Virus record (IMG/VR): IMGVR_UViG_3300028591_000011
Coordinates: 32,001-96,000 of that record
Source of the DNA: a virus
Lineage: Duplodnaviria > Caudoviricetes
Reading direction: 5' to 3' (one strand)
Length of the DNA: 64,000 nucleotides
This document shows positions 48,625-57,247 of the stretch, one piece after another (the first letter of the stretch is position 1; each line of letters begins with the position of its first letter). A program made the translations under genes and the position numbers. A model generated the notes under the pieces. The model was not told the DNA's origin. It searched no databases and worked only from the letters and a program-made list of their open reading frames with translations.

Positions 48625-49167
48625 TTACGCAGCAAGATACTCCTTGATGTCCGAAATATTGTCAGACAACTCAATAGAAGACTCATTATTAAACTTCTCG
48701 AGCGCTGCATCATACTTATTTGCAGCGAGCTGCTGATCATGAATCAGCTGTGCAATCTTAGCACTCGTAAACGTTTCCTTTTTACCAGTACCATTTGCAC
48801 CCTTCTTTGCCTTCTGTGTAGGATTAATAGTAGGAATCATCTTCAACAGAGTAATATCCTCCTTTGCCTCACATGCCGCAAAGATTGCGTAATAATTGGT
48901 TTTCTTAAATTTATCATAATCAAACGATGTAATACCAATATTCAAATACTGGAGCATACCCTTGATTATAATACGCTTGTTTCGAAGCTGCTGTATCAGA
49001 TTATACAGAGCCTTAAGATCCTTACCGGAACCAAGACCAGCTTTAATAGCCTTAGTCGATATCACATTCTCACCACGAATAATGTGGCTATACTTAGTTA
49101 TCTCAGCATCAATATTCTTCTTGATACTAATGATGTTACTTGCATTCAACTTTATTGATTTAGTCAT
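48625..49167 (-). CDS. Hypothetical protein ending in -YLAA
   Basis: 180-aa ORF, co-oriented with neighbours. Confidence 0.75.
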   Translation of the reverse strand: MTKSIKLNASNIISIKKNIDAEITKYSHIIRGENVISTKAIKAGLGSGKDLKALYNLIQQLRNKRIIIKGMLQYLNIGITSFDYDKFKKTNYYAIFAACEAKEDITLLKMIPTINPTQKAKKGANGTGKKETFTSAKIAQLIHDQQLAANKYDAALEKFNNESSIELSDNISDIKEYLAA

Positions 49168-49262
49168 ATTCTATTGATTTAAGTTAGACATGTTAATTAG
49201 TTGAATTCGAACATCACTTACCAGTAATCTATGGCGGAATCACACCCCCATAAATTTAAAAG

Positions 49263-49315
49263 TATAGCGTATAGAGTACATGGCCCCTCGCAAAGTTCCT
49301 ACTCTATACGCTATA
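49263..49315. repeat. Perfect 16-bp inverted repeat with 21-nt loop
   Basis: TATAGCGTATAGAGTA ... TACTCTATACGCTATA in intergenic DNA. Confidence 0.8.
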
Positions 49316-49433
49316 ATGTCTCTGGATATAAATTTTTCGTTTCAGTTACTTTCTTAGTTTATTCTAGCGCAGCTAACAATGTGTCACATCCCGCAGGCTG
49401 ACACAAACCCCCGCAGAGGTTCGACTTAACCGC

Positions 49434-50039
49434 CTATCGTCCACCAATCCAGCGAACATCTACTACTTCAAATACATCACCAACTGAGTCTACGACTCGA
49501 ACTGTTGTCGGCTGACGTTTCCGTCGTGGTTCAACAGTTACTTCTACTTCGTCGGCATACGGCGCCTCATTACGGCGGCTACGGACACGGTTGTTTATAT
49601 CCTTATCCATACCCTGAGACTTCCAATATCCGTCTGAAGTTAAATGTTGACAAACGTCAAAGAATCTATGGAGAATCTTGGTATCCTTATTGTGGATACC
49701 GTTCAAGAGCGTCTCCCGAGAGAGACCTTCTAGTACAGCTTCATGCGCAGGCATTCCTGCTGTCATCTCCACCAGTGCGTCCCACACCTTGATGTAGAAA
49801 TCATCAAATGTGATATGGTCACAGCACTTAATCAAATTATTCATGAAGCCTCCGAAACCACCCCAGCTGTACTTTCCAAAGCGTATACGTTGAAGCTGCT
49901 CATTGACTTCAATCTTCTTATAGTCGCGAGCCTCTGGTTTAAGGCTCATCGTTACTTTCTGTTGGATTTTAGGTTCTTCCAGCAACAATGAGATCATTCG
50001 AGAAGCCGACGCCTTTTTATCAACGTCGTACTGTTCCAT
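49434..50039 (-). CDS. Hypothetical protein
   Basis: 201-aa ORF with TAG stop. Confidence 0.7.
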   Translation of the reverse strand: MEQYDVDKKASASRMISLLLEEPKIQQKVTMSLKPEARDYKKIEVNEQLQRIRFGKYSWGGFGGFMNNLIKCCDHITFDDFYIKVWDALVEMTAGMPAHEAVLEGLSRETLLNGIHNKDTKILHRFFDVCQHLTSDGYWKSQGMDKDINNRVRSRRNEAPYADEVEVTVEPRRKRQPTTVRVVDSVGDVFEVVDVRWIGGR

Positions 50040-50051
50040 ATGTGCCTACTA

Positions 50052-50654
50052 TTAGACAATAACTGTAACAGAATTGCCCTCCTTCACGTCGATAGGCTGC
50101 TTGAACTTCTCAACCTGAGCAAGGTACTCGTCTACCTTCTTCTTGTTAGAGGCGATAGCAGACTGTATGGAATCCTTAATTGCATTCCAATACTTAATCT
50201 GCTCGTTTACGCGATCCAGTTCACACTGATTAATCGCGTTAGCTTTCGTACAAATCTTCACACCGTTAGCGAAGACACGGCTCTGTCCCTGAAGGGCATC
50301 CTTCATGGCCTCATCGGTGGCCTGACCAAATGTCACATCACCAGCAACCACAGTTGCTTGAGCGGAGTCATCGGTATCGGGATTGAACACTACGACACGG
50401 TTACCCTCCATGTCAGTCTTAAACTGCTGGGTAATTACGCTATGATCCTTAATGTGGATCACACGAGGACTACGATTGGCAAGGAACTCCGGACTTGTGG
50501 GGTTTGCCAAAAGATTCTGCTTCTTCTTTTCGTACTGCTGATCGATGTCCTTAGACTCGATAGTATAGAACTTTGCTCCAGTTGGGAGCATTCGGCTAAT
50601 GTTCATTACCTGACCACGTACAGGGTCAAGTATGTTTTCAATTTCTTTATTCAT
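50052..50654 (-). CDS. Hypothetical protein with C-terminal coiled coil
   Basis: 200-aa ORF with biased codon usage; stop TAA-TAG-TAG. Confidence 0.75.
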   Translation of the reverse strand: MNKEIENILDPVRGQVMNISRMLPTGAKFYTIESKDIDQQYEKKKQNLLANPTSPEFLANRSPRVIHIKDHSVITQQFKTDMEGNRVVVFNPDTDDSAQATVVAGDVTFGQATDEAMKDALQGQSRVFANGVKICTKANAINQCELDRVNEQIKYWNAIKDSIQSAIASNKKKVDEYLAQVEKFKQPIDVKEGNSVTVIV

Positions 50655-50699
50655 TTCTAAATCCTTTTTGAAATCGTCTTTGATAAACCAACGATTTAG

Positions 50700-52820
50700 A
50701 TTAAACTTTGCCCTCTCGGCTCGGGCGTTGCCGTAAAATATATAAATGTGGATGCTTACACAGTTTTTATTTCTTCAGTTGCTGTTCTAATGGGAAGCAC
50801 GTTTTTCTCGATGATTAGTTATACTTCTATATTCCTCGGCCCAATACGTTTAGGTATGGCAAATGTGAAGCTCAACTCGTATAACGAGGATTCAACGGTA
50901 GAATCATCCATGCTCATCATCATCAAGATTTGTTAAAACTTTAAATGCTGAATGTGTATATCCAAATACTAAACCTGTTTTAAGCATAATGTTTATTTTT
51001 CGTGAAACATACAACATTCATCCGTCAAAGGCTCTTATATAGGCTCAGGAAGGCTCTGAAGAGAGTTCCAGTGCTGAGATGTTTGTTGTCGAATTTAGTT
51101 TTTACCCAGGGTTTCGCCTGGCCATAAGAGTCTGTGAATATTTCTTCTTTAGTGTATTTTTGAATCTTATTCACATAAATACTTCTGATTATTTTACAAG
51201 CCTAACAGCAGTATGAACGTGCTTGTTTCCTGTTTCAATAGCTCCATAACTATTGTTTTTACGTGAGGAGTACGTTTCATTATCGGACGGCCCTATGACG
51301 TATCTGTGCGTCGGCCCTACGGCTTTGTTTTTTATCTTGGCAAGTGCTTGCCTCATTATTTATAGTGCACGAATACTGGAGGGATTCCACCTCATACGCT
51401 ATAAGATTTATCACCCACTTTACCTTCTTTGTACACACTCCGAGACAGGGAGTAGTAGTTCCTGCATACGATTATATCACTGCGTTTAATCAGTCGGTAA
51501 AGCTGCCTTGCATCGTTTGCGTATATTGCTTCATAGTTCGGACGCACCACTTAGATTTGCTGTCTAAGCTTCTGGCCTACTATCTTGCTACTTAATTCTC
51601 AGGAACGGTTGGCACTCGATTTCCAGACGTGAGGCGCTCACAAGCGTTACAAACGGAGCCTTTCTCTTCCCCAGCTGGCGACATCAATTTTTGTTTGACA
51701 TGTTAATTATTATTTGGTTTCCTCTGTATTTATTTTCATATGACTATCTTGTTTAATAGAGTTATAATGACGCAATAGTATCTAGGCTTACTACTCCTCA
51801 GGGACTATTGTTTTGAATGTAACAATCTAAACATCATATTATCTTCATACTTGGACGCCAGCGACTTATTAATATACTGGAATATATATTCTTCGGATCG
51901 ACCAGCGTTAATCTTGTTATTTGTTTGGCTGTCAAGGAGCCATCTACTACATAGCATTTCCTCTTACATGTAGTTCAATTCTATAGCGAAACCTTGCTAA
52001 AGGGCTCTACTAAAGTCTTATCAGTCTTTGAACGCGGACTCTTAACGCGACGCACATATCCATGCGTTAGGTTTTACCCCTTATCTTCCTGCATCGAAGA
52101 TCCAGTCATTTTACTTTTATATACCGCATAAACGACTAAAGCCTGGCGGTCATCTTCAACATTCTTTCCTCAGTACCCCATCCCTGGACACTCTAAGGTG
52201 TTGCAGCCTTGCATATCACCAAACTACCATTTAATACTCTCATAAGTTCTTTTGCAAGACACTTTTTCGAATCGAACGGCAAGGGCTTCTTCAAGGACCG
52301 TAGTTACGGTACAGCGTAGATATTTTAAACCTTCTACTAGGTATATGAACTCAGATAGTTTTCATCCCTCAATGCTGGTTTTGGAGACCAGTGACACTAG
52401 ACTAAGCAAATGAAACATCAGTATAGCTTTTGGCCTACTATACTGTTCAACTCGTGTTACGTTATACAGAACCTCTATGTTTCTCTCGAAAGGCTGCATG
52501 TCCGATACGTATTCGTTTACAACTCGTGTGCGTCTTCCTTACTAATAACCCACACTTCATGAGTCTGGCAAAGCATAAAGAACTCTGCTGGTATTTATTA
52601 GTGTTAGGGTTGAATAAACGCTGACCCTACTTACTGCAAGCTTTTCTACCATGTAGTATGTCATGGAACTTACAGCATTTCATTCTACCTTTTGGTTAGT
52701 CTATGGAGATAGACATACATATTCTCGAATCAAGTTATACTATTTCGCACCTGGGCTAATGAGACCCATCTGAAATGTGCTGACCGGATTGCCTACGGCT
52801 GGAAAGCCGGTAAAGCAGTA
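50700..52820 (-). ncRNA. Candidate large structured non-coding RNA locus (~2.1 kb; boundaries uncertain)
   Basis: No sense-strand ORF of 60 aa or more in an otherwise gene-dense arm. Many short hairpins, an internally repeated TAGTAGGCCARAAGCT motif and a tRNA-Trp-like anticodon arm. Confidence 0.5.
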
Positions 52821-52823
52821 TCT

Positions 52824-53309
52824 TTACCGACCTTCCTCCGCGGAGTGATTATCGTTTTCTGATGAATATACAACCTGACCGTCGACAGTCAAGCTGATGC
52901 TGCTTCGCTTAGAGTTCTGCAGCTCACCATGAGATTGCTCCTCACGATCTCCAGAAATTTTGTTTTTAACAGCAATACCGTCCAGCTTCCCTGGAATGGG
53001 CATAGGACAGTATACAGTATCTGTCGTACTTCTACGCTTCTGAACGTATACATACTTTGGTTTTACCTTGAACACAGTATCCCGTAGTACTACTGTGTCC
53101 GTTTTCATACTCTCTGTACTCGTGCCCTGACTACTCTGAGTCACGAGCGGCATCCCTACGTTCTGCAATCCCTGTAAGGGCTGCAAATGCATGGGCGGGG
53201 ATGCGATTGCTACCTGATGGCCTGGGAACACTGGTGCGTCCATGAGAGCCATAAAAGCTCCACATACCATAAATATAAGGCAGCAAACAACTGTTGTAAA
53301 ACGTTTCAT
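52824..53309 (-). CDS. Signal-peptide / membrane-anchored hypothetical protein
   Basis: MKRFTTVVCCLIFMVCGAFMAL...; start chosen at ATG 53309 (track start is 53354). Confidence 0.65.
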   Translation of the reverse strand: MKRFTTVVCCLIFMVCGAFMALMDAPVFPGHQVAIASPPMHLQPLQGLQNVGMPLVTQSSQGTSTESMKTDTVVLRDTVFKVKPKYVYVQKRRSTTDTVYCPMPIPGKLDGIAVKNKISGDREEQSHGELQNSKRSSISLTVDGQVVYSSENDNHSAEEGR

Positions 53310-53402
53310 ACTTTGATAGTATTTATTCGCCGTATAGCCATTTGTCGAAGGCATTATGGATGCGGTTTACCAACCTGCGAATAACGTTAGTTGGCTCCGC
53401 TT

Positions 53403-54770
53403 CTATTTTTTTCCTTCTTCAGGCTTTACTTCAACGAGTTCGACCAAGTTACCTTCTCCGTACATGGCCAGCTGCGATGCGGGATCGCGGAACAGGTTGA
53501 TGATAATTCCAGCATACTGCTTGAAATTGTTTTCAACACACTCGGCCTCGTACTTCGACATATCCTGATTAGGATACATCGTCTTGAGAATAGAGTCAAC
53601 AATGTTTACAACAATGTTGTGCTCCTCGTGATTCTCATCGTTGTATATCTCAACAATGTTGTCCACTATCTCGGCTGACGGATTTGTCACAATGGCAATG
53701 ATGTCATTTGCGTACTCAATATCAGCCTTCTTGTTCTTGATATTCTCGTTGATTGTGGCGATTGCTTCAGCGTTCTTCTTCTCGTCCAACTTCTTGAGCT
53801 GACGCTCCTCCTGAGCAATTGTGGCGTTAGCCTCATTGATCAGAGCCTCTGCTGACCAGATCACATACGTGCGACAGATAGCAGCGATAAGTCCAGGCGT
53901 GGCTTCCATATCGCCAGTCTTCCGGTTGCGACCTGAGCGATACAAGGTGCAATAAGCATCAATCGGCGTACTGGACTTTGCCACAAGATCGCGTAAGTAC
54001 TTAGCGATTCCGCTATCCTTATAAGGACAATTCCCAATAAGGCTTTTGATGTCGCTGAGAAGGTCGATGTCAGTCATTTCCTCAATCTTCTTGAGTTCCT
54101 CCTCGTTATCCTTCACCTGAAGTTTCAGGTAAGCACGATAGAAGTTAATTGCCTTCTTTGCGCGTGCAACCGGACGATCACCCTTTACAAAGATGTTGAT
54201 CAAAGCGGCCTTAAGACCAGCTTCGTCTTTCACATCCGTAGGTGTCTCTGCGGGCTTAGATCTGACTACCTTCTGCTCTTCTGCAATCTTCTGCTGAGCC
54301 TTCTTGTCAATGTCCTTCTTAGACACTGTAACGACCACCTTATTCTCGGGCGACTCGTTTTCGAGACCTGCAGCCTTCATCTGCTCCTTAGTAGGCGCAG
54401 GAAGAAGCGCTAACGCTGGCAACTCGATGTCATACATCTTAGCTGCAAGCTGAAGAGCTGCATATGCCTTGGGGCTCTTCTCTACGATCTGGTGGATTAC
54501 TGTATCGCTATTCACAGCCTCTTCTGCGAAGATGGCGATTCCCAGAATATCCGTCATTACGTTCATACCACTCAGGAACTGCGGAGAACTTTTCAGATCT
54601 TCAGGAATATTTTTAGAATAACGATCGTGATACGTTGCAAACAGCGTGACTTTTGCATCAGGTGATAAGCCTGCCATCTTTGCTGTTGCAGGATTTATTA
54701 CTGTCGATGTAGCAGGCTGTGCTTCTTCGACTATTGGTGCCTCTACTACAGGCTTTTCTGTTTTCTTCAT
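53403..54770 (-). CDS. Hypothetical protein, 455 aa, helical/coiled-coil
   Basis: Long ORF with CATTATCAAA-ATG leader and TAG stop. Confidence 0.85.
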   Translation of the reverse strand: MKKTEKPVVEAPIVEEAQPATSTVINPATAKMAGLSPDAKVTLFATYHDRYSKNIPEDLKSSPQFLSGMNVMTDILGIAIFAEEAVNSDTVIHQIVEKSPKAYAALQLAAKMYDIELPALALLPAPTKEQMKAAGLENESPENKVVVTVSKKDIDKKAQQKIAEEQKVVRSKPAETPTDVKDEAGLKAALINIFVKGDRPVARAKKAINFYRAYLKLQVKDNEEELKKIEEMTDIDLLSDIKSLIGNCPYKDSGIAKYLRDLVAKSSTPIDAYCTLYRSGRNRKTGDMEATPGLIAAICRTYVIWSAEALINEANATIAQEERQLKKLDEKKNAEAIATINENIKNKKADIEYANDIIAIVTNPSAEIVDNIVEIYNDENHEEHNIVVNIVDSILKTMYPNQDMSKYEAECVENNFKQYAGIIINLFRDPASQLAMYGEGNLVELVEVKPEEGKK

Positions 54771-54843
54771 TTTGATAATGATTTTGTGGGTTAATAACTA
54801 ATGTTGTCTTTTGTCTTTTGGGTCAATAATGTTTATTCTTCTT

Positions 54844-55233
54844 TCATGAAGTATCAAACATTATTGTATCCACTGGTTGATCGCGTGCTCCCCGACCAAC
54901 CCCACTCAGATCAGGATTGTTAATCTTGCTAGCTGTATCCTTACCTGCAGGGACAGAAGAATACTCTTCTACGGTGACCAAACCAGATAAGTCTGCCAAA
55001 CTACAAAGTATGTAGGACTTACTGGCAGGTGCCTGCATGGGCTTGCTAGTGATAACAACTTCCTTGGTCTGCTTCTTTTCGCTACTTAATGCATTTATTG
55101 CAATAGTAGCTGCTCCATATGTACCAATGAAGGAGATAAGGAGCTGCCAGAATAACTTCTCATTCTCATTGTAGCGAGCTACAAGAGTAATAATCAGTAA
55201 ACCGACAAGAAAGAATGAAATCGTCGTTACCAT
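54844..55233 (-). CDS. Two-TM membrane protein directly downstream of the sigma factor
   Basis: ISFFLVGLLIITLVA and LLISFIGTYGAATIAINAL hydrophobic segments. Confidence 0.7.
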   Translation of the reverse strand: MVTTISFFLVGLLIITLVARYNENEKLFWQLLISFIGTYGAATIAINALSSEKKQTKEVVITSKPMQAPASKSYILCSLADLSGLVTVEEYSSVPAGKDTASKINNPDLSGVGRGARDQPVDTIMFDTS

Positions 55234-55238
55234 TGTTG

Positions 55239-55799
55239 TTAAACTTTTAGTTGTTTTTTAAGTTTGCGTCTTGTACGCGCTAATCTGGCTTTTATTGTAC
55301 CAGTGGGCATCTTTAACGCTTTACTAATCTCTTCTACTGTCATACTATTCTCATAGAACAGTTCGAATACCTTACGAGTGGATTCTGGTAGTTCATTAAA
55401 TTGATACAGAAGCTGTTCGTATGTCATCCGGTTGACAAGGTCGTTTTCATACGATTCACTTATCAATGAAGGTGCTTGTCTAACATCTTTATCGTTAAGA
55501 GTTCCTGCATCATGTTTAATTGATCTGAGATAGTCTACAGCAGTTCGATTAGTTATTATTCTTAACCATCCTCCAAAGGAGTCGTAAGTTTTGAATGTCG
55601 AGAGGTTTTCATACACTTTTAAGAATACTTCATTAGCTACAAATTTAGCTTCATCTGTATCTTTTAAATATCCTTTAAGGATTCCTTCTACAAATGGTTT
55701 ATACTTGTAGAATAGTGTATTAAAGGCTTTAATGTCACCGCCTTGTGCTCTTTTGATAAGTGCTATTTCCTTTTTTGTAATTTTAGGTACAGCTTCCAT
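55239..55799 (-). CDS. ECF-type sigma-70 factor
   Basis: LIKRAQGGDIKAFNTLFYKY; region 2 EVFLKVY...FGGWLRIITNRTAVDYLR; region 4 LPESTRKVFEL...EEISKALKMPTGTIKARLARTR. Confidence 0.9.
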   Translation of the reverse strand: MEAVPKITKKEIALIKRAQGGDIKAFNTLFYKYKPFVEGILKGYLKDTDEAKFVANEVFLKVYENLSTFKTYDSFGGWLRIITNRTAVDYLRSIKHDAGTLNDKDVRQAPSLISESYENDLVNRMTYEQLLYQFNELPESTRKVFELFYENSMTVEEISKALKMPTGTIKARLARTRRKLKKQLKV

Positions 55800-55857
55800 A
55801 TCAAACAAATTTAACCGGTTATTAAGGTGTCACTCCTGTAACAGACGGCGCTGTTTG

Positions 55858-55897
55858 TGGGCTGCCGGAATACCAATCCGGATTAGGTTGTCAGCCC
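55858..55897 (-). ncRNA. Possible tRNA top-half-like element
   Basis: GGGCTG-ACAACCTAAT-CCGGA-TTGGTAT-TCCGG-CAGCCC-A-CA: 6-bp and 5-bp coaxial stems with a 7-nt loop. Confidence 0.4.
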
Positions 55898-56331
55898 TAG
55901 AACGGTAAATCTTCTGTACTAATTTCGTAGTGCAGATTCAATACGTTCTTTGTAAGATTTGAATGTAGAATATAATACTTATCGGCTTGCAATCTTCCGC
56001 TTTCTTTCAATTTTGTAAGCATACTACATATTATACGCAAATGTACACCTACAGTTTTATAAGATATTTTTCCTAATTTTAAAAGAATATTGTGATTTGC
56101 CCAACGAACTACTCTCATTAGCTCGTAATCATCATGTATATATTCAAACAATTCTTCATCTTCTTCAGGATTTAGAACAAATAACCTAGTGCAATCTTCA
56201 ATTCCCTTTACGCCTTGATTGTATGCGATACGCAACTGGTTGAATATTTCACTTGGTGTACTTTGTTCCGTAAGATTCACGATCTTTGCCTCATTTAAAG
56301 GCTTTAAATAATCAAAAAATACACTAAACAT
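55897..56331 (-). CDS. Hypothetical protein with SSB-like C-terminal tail (EDLPF)
   Basis: 144-aa ORF ending STEDLPF, TAG stop. Confidence 0.7.
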   Translation of the reverse strand: MFSVFFDYLKPLNEAKIVNLTEQSTPSEIFNQLRIAYNQGVKGIEDCTRLFVLNPEEDEELFEYIHDDYELMRVVRWANHNILLKLGKISYKTVGVHLRIICSMLTKLKESGRLQADKYYILHSNLTKNVLNLHYEISTEDLPF

Positions 56332-56336
56332 TATCT

Positions 56337-56837
56337 TTACTGAATATTACCTTCAAAACAGTCAATCAGAAAGTCTGCCAAGTTGTTCACGTATATGGTT
56401 TTATCTTTGATTTCTTCTTCCGAATCTGTTTTTTTCGGACAGAAATCAATCAACCATTTTTTCATCATTTCGAATTTACATTTTCGAATTGATTTTCCTG
56501 ATGCAATAGAGACAGCATATGCATTTTCAATATACATATACTTAGATCTAAAGAAATCAACCCAAGAACATACATATTTCCAATAATGTACTTCTTCTGG
56601 AGTTAAATCCTTCCAACAAATTGTGTTATAGAAATCAAAATGGTGACTATTTCCCTGTATACCAAGGATAAGTTTCGTTTGGTTTAATCGTTCTTTTTTA
56701 GAACTAAGCGGCCAAATTTGATTTTTATACACATAATCTAACCATTTCTCTTTGGCTTTACACCATTTGAGAGCATAGCTGACAACCTTCGGACATCTAT
56801 CTCGAAGCATTTGTCTATATCCAGTGTTTTTGTTCAT
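56337..56837 (-). CDS. Hypothetical protein
   Basis: 166-aa ORF starting just downstream of the tRNA. Confidence 0.7.
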   Translation of the reverse strand: MNKNTGYRQMLRDRCPKVVSYALKWCKAKEKWLDYVYKNQIWPLSSKKERLNQTKLILGIQGNSHHFDFYNTICWKDLTPEEVHYWKYVCSWVDFFRSKYMYIENAYAVSIASGKSIRKCKFEMMKKWLIDFCPKKTDSEEEIKDKTIYVNNLADFLIDCFEGNIQ

Positions 56838-56853
56838 ATTTTTGAAAATAAAG

Positions 56854-56927
56854 TGGACCCTGAGGGGCTTGAACCCACGACCTCTAGATTATGAGTCTAT
56901 TGCTCTAACCAACTGAGCTAAGGGTCC
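56854..56927 (-). tRNA. tRNA with CAT anticodon, most likely tRNA-Ile2 (lysidine type, reads ATA)
   Basis: GGACCCT-TA-GCTC-AGTTGGTTA-GAGC-A-ATAGA-CTCATAA-TCTAG-AGGTC-GTGGG-TTCAAGC-CCCTC-AGGGTCC-A. Overall pattern resembles Ile2 rather than Met; CCA is not encoded. Confidence 0.85.
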
Positions 56928-56930
56928 GAT

Positions 56931-57071
56931 TGCTCCCACTTAGGTAGGGAGCACACCCGATCACGCCGCCTCCTTGAGGCCAGTGTAATCAACAACGTTT
57001 ATGTTGCCAGTTAATTTATATCAAAGCGCTTAATGTATTTACTTCCGCTGCTGTCTAATACATTCAGGCCC
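56931..57071 (-). ncRNA. ssrA: Permuted tmRNA, coding piece (5' acceptor strand + tag reading frame)
   Basis: Begins GGGCCTG...GACAGC. Resume context TAACT-GGC. Tag frame 57008..56961 encodes GNINVVDYTGLKEAA*, with the stop in a hairpin (GATTAC/GTGATC, GCCTC/GAGGC). Confidence 0.85.
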
Positions 57072-57233
57072 TTATAGTTCATGAAAGAATGCATTAGCAT
57101 TACTTTCGTAATCATCACCTCCATAATAACCTTCTACAGTACCTAATGGAGATATTGTACCTTTTTTAAGAAGATCTTCAAAAGCTACGGCATCTTTATC
57201 GTTTACTTTATATAACACTATATATCCTTTCAT
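57072..57233 (-). CDS. 53-aa ORF inside the tmRNA intervening segment
   Basis: MKGYIVLYKVNDKDAVAFEDLLKKGTISPLGTVEGYYGGDDYESNANAFFHEL*. A-rich leader; its TAA directly abuts G1 of the coding piece. Confidence 0.6.
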   Translation of the reverse strand: MKGYIVLYKVNDKDAVAFEDLLKKGTISPLGTVEGYYGGDDYESNANAFFHEL

Positions 57234-57247
57234 GATTTTGAATTTTG

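Noticed and set aside
55807-55814. Bacteroidota -7 promoter element TAAATTTG
   Set aside because: It lies only about 8 nt from the sigma start and no matching -33 element was established; such 8-mers are common in AT-rich DNA.
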